This document shows positions 30,658-40,297 of a stretch of DNA of 64,000 nt, one piece after another. The DNA lies in the NCBI GenBank assembly GCA_964561855.1, contig CAZLQP010000005.1, forward strand, positions 1,153 to 65,152. The letters run 5' to 3'. The notes below the pieces were generated by a model that was not told the DNA's origin, made no database searches, and was given only the letters and a program-made list of their open reading frames with translations. Numbering within the stretch: position 1 is the first letter of the stretch; every line of letters begins with the position of its first letter. The translations under genes were made by a program, and so were the position numbers. The DNA comes from an uncultured Burkholderiales bacterium (GTDB lineage: Bacteria > Actinomycetota > Acidimicrobiia > IMCC26256 > JAGPDB01).

Positions 30658-33171
30658 ATGGCAGATGATAACAATTCAGGTGAAGAAAATCAGCAAGACA
30701 ATGTTGATTTAACTGAATCAGACACTCTGGTTTCGATCGAACCAATTGAAATTCAAGAAGAGATGGAACGCTCGTTTCTTGATTATGCTATGTCTGTTAT
30801 TGTCTCGCGAGCACTTCCAGATGTTCGTGATGGCCTAAAGCCAGTACATAGAAGAATCCTTTATGGAATGCACGATGCAGGCCTTCGACCTGATCGACCA
30901 CATACAAAATGTGCACAAGTTGTTGGTGCAGTAATGGGTAAATTTCATCCTCACGGAGACAGTGCAATCTATGATGCATTGGCTCGAATGGTGCAAGATT
31001 TCTCTTTGCGCCATCCTTTGATTGATGGTCACGGAGCTTTTGGTTCTCCTGATCCTGATTCACAGCCTGCAGCTATGCGTTATACAGAGTGTCGAATGGC
31101 TCCAATGGCGATGCAGATGCTGAGAAGCATTGATGAAGATACTGTGGATTTTGTTGATACTTACGATGGCCGTGAAAAAGAGCCAACTGTATTACCTGCA
31201 AGATTTCCTAACCTTCTAGTTAATGGTTCTCAAGGCATTGCTGTTGGGATGGCTACTAACATTCCTCCACATAATTTAGGTGAAGTAATTGATGCGGTAG
31301 TACACACATTAGATAACCCTCAAGCAACATCAGATGATCTCATGCAATTTGTTCCAGGTCCAGATTTCCCTACCGGTGCAACCATTTTAGGACGTGCAGG
31401 AATTTTGGATGCATATAGAACAGGCCGTGGTTCTATCAAGATGCGAGCTGTTACTGAAATTGTTGAAAATAAGAACAACTCAAGCATTATTGTTACTGAA
31501 CTTCCTTATCAAACAGCAGTTGAAACTATTGAACGTAAAATTGCTGAGCTTGTTAACAATGGACAGCTTGAAGGTATTCGTGGTTTGAGAAACGAATCAG
31601 CAAAAGGTTCAACGCGTCTTGTAATAGAACTAAAGCGTGATGCAAATGCAAATGTCGTGTTGAATAATCTCTACAAAATGACTCCATTGCAAACCAGCTT
31701 CGGGGTTAATATGCTTGCATTGGTAGACGGTATTCCAAGAACACTTAATCTTGCTGAAGCAATTAAGGCTTATATAGAACATCAAGTTGAAGTCATTACC
31801 AGAAGAAGCCAATTCAGATTAAAGAAAGCTCAAGATAGGCTTCATATTGTTCAAGGTTTACTCAAAGCATTGGATATGCTCGAAGAAGTTATTGCAACTA
31901 TTCGAGGATCTCAAGATGTAGAAGAAGCTAGAACTGCATTAATGGCAGCGCCTTTTGATTTCACAGAAATTCAAGCAAACCATATTTTAGATATGCCACT
32001 TCGTCGATTGACTGGTTTGGAACGTCAGAAATTGATCGATGAAAATGAAGCGCTAGAAGCAACAATTGCTGGACTTCAATCAATTTTAGATGATGACGTA
32101 AAACTTAGAGGTGTAATCAAAACAGAGATTGGTGAGATCAGAGAACAATTTGCAAACGAACGTCGGACGGAAATTACAGCAGATGCTGCTGATATTAATG
32201 TACTTGATTTGATTGAAGATGAAGAGATAGTCGTGATGTTGACTTCTAATGGTTACATCAAAAATGTTGCGATGGATTCTTTCAAATCTCAAGGTCGTGG
32301 TGGACGAGGTGTTTCTGGAGGAAAGCTAAAAGATGAAGATTATGTAACGCATCTTTTGACTACAACAGCACATTCGTATCTATTGTTCTTTACTAACCGA
32401 GGGCGTGTATATCGTCTTCGTGCACATGAGATTCCAATGAAAGAGAGAACAGCTAGAGGTACTGCCTTAGTCAACTTGTTACCACTGGACAATGAGGAGT
32501 TTGTACAAGCAATTATTGATACAAGAACATACGAAGATGGTTCTTATCTATTGTTTGCAACGAAACATGGAATTGTTAAGAAAACAAAGATGAATGATTA
32601 CAATTCAAGAATTTCTTCAGGGCTTATCGCAATAAATCTTCGTGATGAAGATGAACTTGTAGCTGTAGTGCAAACAAATGGTAATGATGATATTTTCTTA
32701 ACATCAAGAGATGGAATGACAATTCGATTCAGCGAAGATAATGTTCGTCCTATGGGACGTAATGCATCTGGTGTTAGGGGAATGAAACTGAAGAACGCTG
32801 ACGATAGAGTTGTTGGTTGTGATGTTGCACGCGAGAATGCTGTGATGCTGTTTGTTTCTTCTAAGGGATATGGAAAACGTACTGAACAAAGTGCATTTAA
32901 TACTCAAGGTCGTGGCGGCCAAGGTGTCAGAGGAGTGAAAGTATCTGACGACAGAGGTTATGTTGTAACAGCGTTTAGCGTTGAAGAAAATGATGAAATA
33001 CTTGTTTTCTCAAGTGCAGGAAATATTATCCGAACAAACGTGAAAGACATATCTTTACAAGGACGTGCAGCTTCTGGAGTAAGAGTTGCTAAACCAGGAG
33101 ACAACGATCATATAGTTGCAGTTGCTAGAGTGTTAGAACGCGAAGATAAAAATACTGACGCTGAAAGTTAG
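30658..33171 (+). CDS. gyrA: DNA gyrase subunit A
   Basis: RALPDVRDGLKPVHRR, HPHGDSAIY, AAMRYTE, GyrA-box QGRGGRG. Confidence 0.99.
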   Translation: MADDNNSGEENQQDNVDLTESDTLVSIEPIEIQEEMERSFLDYAMSVIVSRALPDVRDGLKPVHRRILYGMHDAGLRPDRPHTKCAQVVGAVMGKFHPHGDSAIYDALARMVQDFSLRHPLIDGHGAFGSPDPDSQPAAMRYTECRMAPMAMQMLRSIDEDTVDFVDTYDGREKEPTVLPARFPNLLVNGSQGIAVGMATNIPPHNLGEVIDAVVHTLDNPQATSDDLMQFVPGPDFPTGATILGRAGILDAYRTGRGSIKMRAVTEIVENKNNSSIIVTELPYQTAVETIERKIAELVNNGQLEGIRGLRNESAKGSTRLVIELKRDANANVVLNNLYKMTPLQTSFGVNMLALVDGIPRTLNLAEAIKAYIEHQVEVITRRSQFRLKKAQDRLHIVQGLLKALDMLEEVIATIRGSQDVEEARTALMAAPFDFTEIQANHILDMPLRRLTGLERQKLIDENEALEATIAGLQSILDDDVKLRGVIKTEIGEIREQFANERRTEITADAADINVLDLIEDEEIVVMLTSNGYIKNVAMDSFKSQGRGGRGVSGGKLKDEDYVTHLLTTTAHSYLLFFTNRGRVYRLRAHEIPMKERTARGTALVNLLPLDNEEFVQAIIDTRTYEDGSYLLFATKHGIVKKTKMNDYNSRISSGLIAINLRDEDELVAVVQTNGNDDIFLTSRDGMTIRFSEDNVRPMGRNASGVRGMKLKNADDRVVGCDVARENAVMLFVSSKGYGKRTEQSAFNTQGRGGQGVRGVKVSDDRGYVVTAFSVEENDEILVFSSAGNIIRTNVKDISLQGRAASGVRVAKPGDNDHIVAVARVLEREDKNTDAES

Positions 33172-33177
33172 GAAAGC

Positions 33178-33633
33178 GTGCCTACACAACAAAGAACTCG
33201 TACAACATCTAAAACTCCCACTAAGAGTTTTCAGAAGAAGACTACTAAGTCTGCAAAGAGTACAAAAAATGCTCGAGCATATCGACAATCAATTGCGAAG
33301 ATCGACACTTGGTCTGTTTTAAAACTTTCTTTGTGTTTTCATACTGGAGCGATGCTTACAACGATTGTGATGTTCAGCGTTACTTGGATAACAGCTTCTT
33401 CTGTTGGTATTGTGAGAAACATCGAAAGCTTTATGGGTACAATCTTTGAGATTGAAGATTTCAGCTTCATGAGCTTTGATGTATTAATTGGTGTGATATT
33501 AGTAGGGCTAGTTTTTGTGGCAATTCTGACCATAATCTCCGTGATGGCCTCGGCTTTATATAACATTTTTGCTGAAGCAGTTGGTGGAGTAGAGATCTAT
33601 ATTGTAGAAGAGACTGCTAGCTCAAAAATCTGA
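33178..33633 (+). CDS. DUF3566 membrane protein
   Basis: IAKIDTWSVLKLS...LYNIFAEAVGGVEI; actinobacterial gene following gyrA. Confidence 0.88.
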   Translation: MPTQQRTRTTSKTPTKSFQKKTTKSAKSTKNARAYRQSIAKIDTWSVLKLSLCFHTGAMLTTIVMFSVTWITASSVGIVRNIESFMGTIFEIEDFSFMSFDVLIGVILVGLVFVAILTIISVMASALYNIFAEAVGGVEIYIVEETASSKI

Positions 33634-33714
33634 GTAAAATTTCGGAACCAAAAATCTGCTCGATATCAGACATCAATTGTATTCATGCTACGATTTTTAA
33701 CTTGCTATTTGATA

Positions 33715-33791
33715 GGGGCTATAGCTCAGTCGGTTAGAGCGCATCCCTGATAAGGATGAGGTCGCTGGTTCGATTCCAGCTAGCCCCACCA
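33715..33791 (+). tRNA. tRNA-Ile(GAT), CCA encoded
   Basis: GGGGCTA/TAGCCCC acceptor stem, GCTC/GAGC D arm, CATCC-CTGATAA-GGATG anticodon arm, GCTGG-TTCGATT-CCAGC T arm, ACCA end. Confidence 0.98.
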
Positions 33792-33817
33792 CTTAATTCT
33801 CTGGATAGAGGTGGGCT

Positions 33818-33955
33818 ATGAGACATTATCAGCGAGGATTTATTGTCGCGATATTGGGAGTAGTTTTCACAACTTTGGTGAAAATTTTAGGTGAAAGTTC
33901 ACCCAGCCAAGAATCTTCTGGATGGAAGAAATTAAAACCAGAAAAATTTGAATAA
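33818..33955 (+). CDS. small single-TM protein (45 aa), below the ORF-track cutoff
   Basis: SD GAGGTGG; MRHYQRGFIVAILGVVFTTLVKILGESSPSQESSGWKKLKPEKFE; stop abuts the next ATG. Confidence 0.65.
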   Translation: MRHYQRGFIVAILGVVFTTLVKILGESSPSQESSGWKKLKPEKFE

Positions 33956-33956
33956 C

Positions 33957-35003
33957 ATGAAAATCAACTTAGATACAGTTTTCGAAGATTTAGCTATGCC
34001 AAATATTTTGGTAGTGGGCTGTGGAAATATTGGTTCACAAATTGTTAAGTCTTATGTCGATAGTGATTTGAGTGCAAAATCCAAAGTGTATATAACTGAC
34101 AGCGATAAAGACAAAGCTAGAAGATTAAGTGAATATCGCCTTAGTTCCATAACTCCAATAAAGTTCAAATCAGCAAAAGATACTCCTGATGATGTAGATG
34201 TAATTGTTGTTGCAGTTGATTTTGAGTCAGAACATAAAATTTTGGAAAGACTAGTTGAATCAGGCAGAGCTTTCATTTCACTTACGGATTCTTCCAAAGT
34301 TGCAGATCAGTATTATGAATTGGAAGAGGACTTCATTGCTGGTGGCGTCAATGCAATCCTAGGAACTGGACTAGTCCCGGGACTGTCAGATGTCTTGGCG
34401 GAAAAATGTATTGAGAATTTAGATCAAGTTCTCGATATTTCGCTTCAAAGACTTGGTTTTGTTTCAAAGGCTTCTTTGTCGAGCGTGAAAAATTCTTTAA
34501 AAGAACAACCTTTACGCGTAATTGATGGATGTCTTGAGGAAATCAAAGGCCAAAGTGGATCTCAAATATTTTGGTTTCCCCCTCCTTGGGGATCTACTGA
34601 ATGTCATCCAGTTGGGGTAGGAGTTAAGGCATTAAAAGACAGGTATAAATCTGTTCACAATATCTCTGTAAAATATGCTGAACCAAAGTTGCCAACCTTT
34701 AGAGAACGAGTCGAGAACATATTTCTAAAAACTCCAATGACAACTACGCAGGCATGTATTAGAGCACAAGCTTATGGTTTAAAGGACGATCAGCTGGTAA
34801 CAAATGTTAGAGCGGTAATTGGAGATGCAATGTCAATGATTGTGGCTACTTCAATCATAAGTGTTGTCGGGATCTCTCGAGTGGACTCCGTGCTAGATGC
34901 CAATAAAAAATCCTTCTATGGTGTAAATGAAGTTATCGGTACTAACCAATATTTAAACGTCTTATATAACCTCGGTTGTGACATCCTAAAATTCGACCCT
35001 TGA
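33957..35003 (+). CDS. saccharopine dehydrogenase-like NAD(P)-binding oxidoreductase
   Basis: ILVVGCGNIG Rossmann motif, ILGTGLVPGLSDVL, FWFPPPWGS. Confidence 0.7.
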   Translation: MKINLDTVFEDLAMPNILVVGCGNIGSQIVKSYVDSDLSAKSKVYITDSDKDKARRLSEYRLSSITPIKFKSAKDTPDDVDVIVVAVDFESEHKILERLVESGRAFISLTDSSKVADQYYELEEDFIAGGVNAILGTGLVPGLSDVLAEKCIENLDQVLDISLQRLGFVSKASLSSVKNSLKEQPLRVIDGCLEEIKGQSGSQIFWFPPPWGSTECHPVGVGVKALKDRYKSVHNISVKYAEPKLPTFRERVENIFLKTPMTTTQACIRAQAYGLKDDQLVTNVRAVIGDAMSMIVATSIISVVGISRVDSVLDANKKSFYGVNEVIGTNQYLNVLYNLGCDILKFDP

Positions 35004-35074
35004 TCTTTTGACTTTGGGTTGGTTTAGATTCAGATATCGAGTCCAAACCAACCTATCGCTGGTAGGATGTTGGC

Positions 35075-35644
35075 ATGACTGACCCTTTCAATGATGATAT
35101 TTTTGCGTCGGATCCTGATTTAGAAGCAATGGCTCGCCAGTTCCGACAGACTTTAAAAGAAGAACAGCTAGAAATTGAAGAGATAGCTGCAGAGGAATTT
35201 GAATCTAGCGTTGATTTGGCATTTGCTTTTTTGGAGTTAATGTGGAGTGGATCTCAAACAAGGGTTAGTGTAGGAGATACTTTTTTCGAAGGAACAATAA
35301 ATCACGTAGGCAAGGACATTGTGCAAATGGCCACAAGGCCCGGAACATTTGTGGATATCCAAATTCCATTTATCGATAATGTTTTTGTTGTCGAACACTA
35401 TAAAGGAAAAGGTAAATCGATTCTCCAGCGAGACCCTCGTACTTTTGTCGCAAGAATGCGAGAGTTAGCCTCGATGCCAATGCAAGAAGTTGAAATTGGC
35501 ACTAACTCAACGTCAGCATCAATATCTGGAATATTAAAGCTTGTTCGTAGCGATCATTTGGTCCTTACAAATCGCGAGAAGAAGCAGTGGTTAGTTCCAT
35601 TAACGAATGTTGGATATTGCCTAACTAGAGCAAAAGTTAGATAA
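35075..35644 (+). CDS. hypothetical protein (189 aa; two similar beta-rich halves)
   Basis: SD AGGA; acidic N-terminal helix, then GTINHVGKDIV and GILKLVRSDHLV halves. Confidence 0.75.
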   Translation: MTDPFNDDIFASDPDLEAMARQFRQTLKEEQLEIEEIAAEEFESSVDLAFAFLELMWSGSQTRVSVGDTFFEGTINHVGKDIVQMATRPGTFVDIQIPFIDNVFVVEHYKGKGKSILQRDPRTFVARMRELASMPMQEVEIGTNSTSASISGILKLVRSDHLVLTNREKKQWLVPLTNVGYCLTRAKVR

Positions 35645-35662
35645 AGGACTCCAAACATGGAA

Positions 35663-35688
35663 AAATCCGCCTGCAGCTAGGCGGATTT
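35663..35688. terminator. probable intrinsic terminator between convergent genes
   Basis: AAATCCGCCT-GCAGCT-AGGCGGATTT perfect 10-bp stem. Confidence 0.75.
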
Positions 35689-35706
35689 CGAAATCCATTG
35701 TTTAAG

Positions 35707-35739
35707 TTATCCACAGTCGCTTGTGGAAAATGTGGATAA
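35707..35739. promoter_or_regulatory. isolated cluster of three DnaA boxes
   Basis: TTATCCACA 35707 (perfect), TGTGGAAAA 35722 (1 mismatch), TGTGGATAA 35731 (perfect). Confidence 0.7.
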
Positions 35740-35750
35740 TCTTGTGTTGA

Positions 35751-35996
35751 TTATGCTTCGTTTGCGTATTCTTGTTCTAATAGCTCAACTTTAGGCATTG
35801 AGTGTTCAATAAAGTTAGAGATATCTTGCTTTAAAAAGCGGTAACCTCGAACTCCAGGAATCTGCATTGCTGGAAGTCGGCCATCTTTCGCCATGAGCTG
35901 AATCATGCGAGGGCTTAACCTCAACCATGCTGCCACCTCTGAAGGCTTCAAGATCGCTGGATAATCATCTGGATCGAAGGGTGTTTGTGCTGCCAT
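35751..35996 (-). CDS. HTH_17 / BldC-like (MerR/Xis-type) DNA-binding protein
   Basis: LKPSEVAAWLRLSPRMIQLMAKDGRLPAMQIPGVRGYRF resembles BldC-type winged HTH; divergent from the Tad operon. Confidence 0.85.
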   Translation of the reverse strand: MAAQTPFDPDDYPAILKPSEVAAWLRLSPRMIQLMAKDGRLPAMQIPGVRGYRFLKQDISNFIEHSMPKVELLEQEYANEA

Positions 35997-36383
35997 GTCC
36001 GTATCCTACCATTTCTATGTTAAATTGTAAACCTTGCGAATCGAACGAATATTTTGTAATATCATATTGTGAAATGCTATTACTAGGTACTACGTCCAAT
36101 TCTTAGAAGTTTTCGGCACGTAGATCGCCAACTTGAGCATTTCTCGAAAAAAATATCAAAAATCATGGATGACAAGCCCAAATCCCATGGAAAAGCCCAA
36201 AATTAGTCCGAGATTAGAAAATTAATCACTTTATATTAGTTATAAATAAGACGAATAAAGCCTAGCTGTAGCGTCTTTAACAAGATGTTTCGGCCGACAC
36301 AACAATCGTATTCGTAACGATCATCTCCAAGGAGGGCGATGCCACGTTAGATGCCTATTTGTAAAACAAATAAGGAGCCCCAG

Positions 36384-37124
36384 GTGACAGATCCAACATA
36401 CGCCATAGCAAACTCTCAAGCACCCGTACCAAAAAGAAATGTTGGTTCAAGAATTACTTTTGGTCACTTGATGATTGTGGTCAGTGGTTTACTTGCGTTT
36501 TTGTTAACCATTACAGTCATCAATCAATTTAGAGGAGATCAAACTGAAGTCTTGGTAGCGAGAGACAACATAGTTGCTGGTGAAAGTTTAGAGATATCAA
36601 AATTTGAAGTAAGACAAATTCCATCAAACGTATTGAACGATGAATTCGCAACTCGAGAAATGATTCAAAATGGCAATAACTTTGCCGCTCGTTCAATTCT
36701 TGAAGGTGAACCTTTGACTAGAGCTGCAATGACACCAGATGTTGAAGACGCTAATGTTTGGCTTCAATCGATTCCGATTTCAAGATCTTTAGCAGTCAAT
36801 GGAAGCATTTCACGAGGCGACCGAGTTGACATTATTGCAACCCCTGATGGCACTTGTGCATATCGTGCATTGAGAAACATTGAAGTTGTTTCAGCTCCTA
36901 CAACTTCATCAGGTGGAGTACTTTCGTCAAACACTAGAGAATTTACAATTACGGTATCTCTTGAGCAAGCCGGTGATGATCTTATCTTGGCTGGAGTAAT
37001 TGCAACTGGTCAATTCCAAATAGTTAAATCTACTGGTGATCGAGACCGAGGTGTTGTGATCGAAGATCCACAATGTGGTAATCCGCCAACTGCTTCTAAC
37101 TCTGCTGGATCTGGTGGTGCATAA
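36384..37124 (+). CDS. cpaB: Flp pilus assembly protein CpaB/RcpC (SAF domain)
   Basis: N-terminal TM, EVLVARDNIVAGE, AARSILEGEPL, GSISRGDRVDII; SD AAGGAG before GTG 36384 (alternative ATG 36351). Confidence 0.85.
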   Translation: MTDPTYAIANSQAPVPKRNVGSRITFGHLMIVVSGLLAFLLTITVINQFRGDQTEVLVARDNIVAGESLEISKFEVRQIPSNVLNDEFATREMIQNGNNFAARSILEGEPLTRAAMTPDVEDANVWLQSIPISRSLAVNGSISRGDRVDIIATPDGTCAYRALRNIEVVSAPTTSSGGVLSSNTREFTITVSLEQAGDDLILAGVIATGQFQIVKSTGDRDRGVVIEDPQCGNPPTASNSAGSGGA

Positions 37125-38975
37125 ATGACAATAACGATCGGTATCGTAGCTAGCTCTCGCGAGTGGAGAAGTATTTTACAAGCACATGTACGTGACCATG
37201 TTGCAGATGTAAAGGTACAAATACTTCGTGAACCTCGCATGGCTTTAGAGCTAGAGCTCGATGTTGTTGTAATTGATGATGTTTCAAGTTTCTTAACACG
37301 AGATAAAGTTGTTCGCCTTCGCGAAAAAGGTACACGTGTAGTTGGAATATACGATCCCGAAGGTCAAGAAGGCTTAGGAATTACGTTCTTAGAGAATCTT
37401 GGGGTTGATCTATCACTGCCTTCAAACATTTCACCTGAAGAGATGATCAGTGCAGTTTCTCAACTTCAACCTAGAGAAAACTACTCCAACGTTTTCGACC
37501 ATGCTGTTGCGGACTTCTCTTCAACTCAAACTCCTACTGTGGAGCCTGGTAATTCTGCAATTATTACGGTTGCGGGTCCAGCAGGTACTGGATCTACTGA
37601 AATTGCTATTGCATTAGCGGATCTTTTGGTTGCAAGACGCACTGCAACATTATTGATTGATTGCGATGAAGTAGGTCCTAGCGTTGCTCGAAGAATTGGT
37701 TTTCATTTACACCCGAATATTTTGACTGCTATGGATGCAGTAGCAAATGTTACAAAACCATTAACAGAAATGGTTGGAAGACCCAGCGACAGAGTTGCAA
37801 ATTCCGTTAACTTTGATGTGATTCCTGGAATTGCTAATCCAGAAGATTGGTCACAGTTACGTTCTAGCGACATTGCTGATTTATTTACCGCTGCAAGAAA
37901 GTCTTGGAGATATATTGTATGTAATACCGGTCCATTTACTGAAGACCTATCGGGTTATGGAATGGAAAGATTTGGTGGTACTCGAGCTGCACTTGAATAT
38001 GCAGATGTAATTATAGGAGTGATGTCACCAACGACAACAGGTTATATGAGATTCTTAGACTGGCTTTCTTCGCTGAGAAGTTTAGGCCATGATCGAGCTG
38101 TATATGTTGTGGTTAATCGAGCTCCAAAGTCTGGCTATATTCGAAAAGAAATCGAATCGCAACTTACTAGAGATGTTGATTCTCGCTACATTGCAGGATT
38201 GTTTTTTGTAGCTGAAGATGAAAAAGTAACAAAAGCAGAATGGGAAGGTCAGCTCGTATCTAGAGGACCTTTTCTCAACACAGTTGCTGAAGTCGCTACT
38301 TTTGCAATACCAGCTAGGTATGTGAAGAAAAATTCAAAAGGCGCCCAAGGGGTTGTGCAAACTTCTGCTGGAACAGCATTTTCAGGAGCACCTATTGCTG
38401 CTCCCAATCAGATGCCTTCACAAGCACAAGGTATATCTTGGGATGATCCTGATATTGCAGGAGCTCCTCAAGTTCCAATGCCTCCGCAAGCTCCAGCTCA
38501 AAGTGTGATGGAACCTCAACCATTAGCTTCAGAAGTTAGTCCATACATTACAGAGCAACCTCAGAATTTAAACATTGATTCGATAGATCAAATTGATGAA
38601 ATTGAGAATTCGATCGCGCATAGCATGCAACAGTCTGACTACGAAACTCAAGCGCAACAACCAACTCCTCAAGATAACTCGTATTCATTTTCTCCACCTA
38701 TTCATTCAGTCGAACATGTTACACCTAGCCCGGCACAGGTTCCGCAATCTCCAGCAGATCCAACAAGCCAGTCTTATGTACCAGCATATAAACGAGATTC
38801 CCAAGAACAAATTCCTGATGCAAATGAACAGTTTGTGAATGCTCAACCGCCAGAACCAACAAATCAAGGTTACGTCAACCAAGAAAATGTTGCTCAACAA
38901 GGGAAGGGTTACGTGCCTGGATATGTTGAAGAAGATAAGGAAGAAAATCCTGACGACAAGTTTTGGGGTAACTAA
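37125..38975 (+). CDS. tadZ: CpaE/TadZ-like pilus localisation protein with long Gln/Pro-rich tail
   Basis: Receiver-like N-terminus, MinD-like domain (TVAGPAGTGSTE, LLIDCD); between cpaB and tadA. Confidence 0.7.
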   Translation: MTITIGIVASSREWRSILQAHVRDHVADVKVQILREPRMALELELDVVVIDDVSSFLTRDKVVRLREKGTRVVGIYDPEGQEGLGITFLENLGVDLSLPSNISPEEMISAVSQLQPRENYSNVFDHAVADFSSTQTPTVEPGNSAIITVAGPAGTGSTEIAIALADLLVARRTATLLIDCDEVGPSVARRIGFHLHPNILTAMDAVANVTKPLTEMVGRPSDRVANSVNFDVIPGIANPEDWSQLRSSDIADLFTAARKSWRYIVCNTGPFTEDLSGYGMERFGGTRAALEYADVIIGVMSPTTTGYMRFLDWLSSLRSLGHDRAVYVVVNRAPKSGYIRKEIESQLTRDVDSRYIAGLFFVAEDEKVTKAEWEGQLVSRGPFLNTVAEVATFAIPARYVKKNSKGAQGVVQTSAGTAFSGAPIAAPNQMPSQAQGISWDDPDIAGAPQVPMPPQAPAQSVMEPQPLASEVSPYITEQPQNLNIDSIDQIDEIENSIAHSMQQSDYETQAQQPTPQDNSYSFSPPIHSVEHVTPSPAQVPQSPADPTSQSYVPAYKRDSQEQIPDANEQFVNAQPPEPTNQGYVNQENVAQQGKGYVPGYVEEDKEENPDDKFWGN

Positions 38976-40297
38976 TGGCAAAGGAACGCTCGGTAACAGC
39001 ATATGAACATATAAGGTTAAAACTTCTAGATCGAATTAAAGAAGGAAAAATAGATCCTGAAAGCGATCCTGAAGGTGTTAGGGGTTTAATTAAGTCTGAA
39101 GTTGCAGCGTATCAACGACAAAGTCAAAGCGGAATTGGCGGAAGAACTTTAGCAAATCCAACTGATGTTGCAGAACGACTTGAACGAGCAATTCTTGGTT
39201 TTGGTGTACTTGGTCCGTTGTTAGAAGACGATAGTGTCGAGGAAATTTTTGTTTCAGGTGGAGATGTTTCTTATGTAGATGCAAACGGTCGTTTGGCTTC
39301 GGTTGAAGATCCTACAACTGAAGATGAATTATTTCACTTGATAAATAGATTGTTACAAACCTCAGGCCGTGAAGTATCAAGACGTAGTCCAATTGTTCAG
39401 GCTCGAGTTCTAGATGGCGCTGCGCGTTTAGGTGTTGTTGTTCCCCCAATTGCAGATGAGTTAAGCGTCACACTGAGAAAATATACAATGCGTCATGAAG
39501 ATTTAAATGATCTTGTGCGTTTTGATTCTCTTTCTCCTGCAGCTGCCGCCTTGTTGCATGCTGCGATGTTAACTCGAACAGGAATTGTTGTTAGTGGTAT
39601 TCCTGCTGCTGGTAAAACTACTTTGGTAAATGCTTTATTAAGAGCGGTTCCACCTTCGCACCGAATTTTAGGTTGTGAAGAAACTCGCGAACTTTCTGCT
39701 CCTGTGATGCACGGTGCTTATTATCAAACTCGCGCATCAAGTAATGATTCATCATCAGATTCTGAAGTTTCGTTACGAGATTTGGTGAGAATTTGTTTAG
39801 GTATGCGACCTGATTTATTAGTCGTAGGTGAAGTTCGAGGTGAAGAAGCTTTTGAACTTACACGTGCAGGTAATGCAGGTTGTGGAGTTTTGTGTACTGT
39901 TCACTCGAATAATGCAAGTGATGCACTTCAAGCACTGACGTCTACTGCAATTATGGCGGGACAAAATGTTCCAGAAAAACAAGTTCGCTCGATTTTTTCA
40001 AATGTATTTGATCTAGTGATTCATTGTGACCGAGAAGATGTGCAGTTTAAAACTGAAGAATCAGGAAAGATCAAACGTCAGATCATGGAAATTGCAGCTG
40101 TCCCTTCTATTCAAGGAGGCGATAGCGATTATACGATTGAGCCAATCTTTGTTCGTGAAGGTTTCGGGCAACCTCTTAGATGGACCGGTGCTCCTTTGCC
40201 CGAGAACTTACGTAAGAGGTTAGACAACGTTCTATCACGTCATGGTACAAGCGTTCAAAGGATATTGGAAGGTTCGAACCAAAGGATGACAGCATGA
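38975..40297 (+). CDS. tadA: Tad pilus assembly ATPase CpaF/TadA
   Basis: LGPLLEDDSVEEIFVSG, GIPAAGKTT Walker A, GCEETREL, MRPDLLVVGEVRGEEA, CTVHSN. Confidence 0.95.
   Translation: MAKERSVTAYEHIRLKLLDRIKEGKIDPESDPEGVRGLIKSEVAAYQRQSQSGIGGRTLANPTDVAERLERAILGFGVLGPLLEDDSVEEIFVSGGDVSYVDANGRLASVEDPTTEDELFHLINRLLQTSGREVSRRSPIVQARVLDGAARLGVVVPPIADELSVTLRKYTMRHEDLNDLVRFDSLSPAAAALLHAAMLTRTGIVVSGIPAAGKTTLVNALLRAVPPSHRILGCEETRELSAPVMHGAYYQTRASSNDSSSDSEVSLRDLVRICLGMRPDLLVVGEVRGEEAFELTRAGNAGCGVLCTVHSNNASDALQALTSTAIMAGQNVPEKQVRSIFSNVFDLVIHCDREDVQFKTEESGKIKRQIMEIAAVPSIQGGDSDYTIEPIFVREGFGQPLRWTGAPLPENLRKRLDNVLSRHGTSVQRILEGSNQRMTA

Noticed and set aside
35751-35996. HTH_17 gene as an excisionase proving mobility
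   Set aside because: The same fold covers BldC-type chromosomal regulators; there is no adjacent recombinase, and its divergent position fits a regulator.
36240-36383. Riboswitch (c-di-GMP or c-di-AMP) in the cpaB leader
   Set aside because: Only short hairpins are visible and I could not match conserved aptamer motifs; an Infernal/Rfam scan would settle it.
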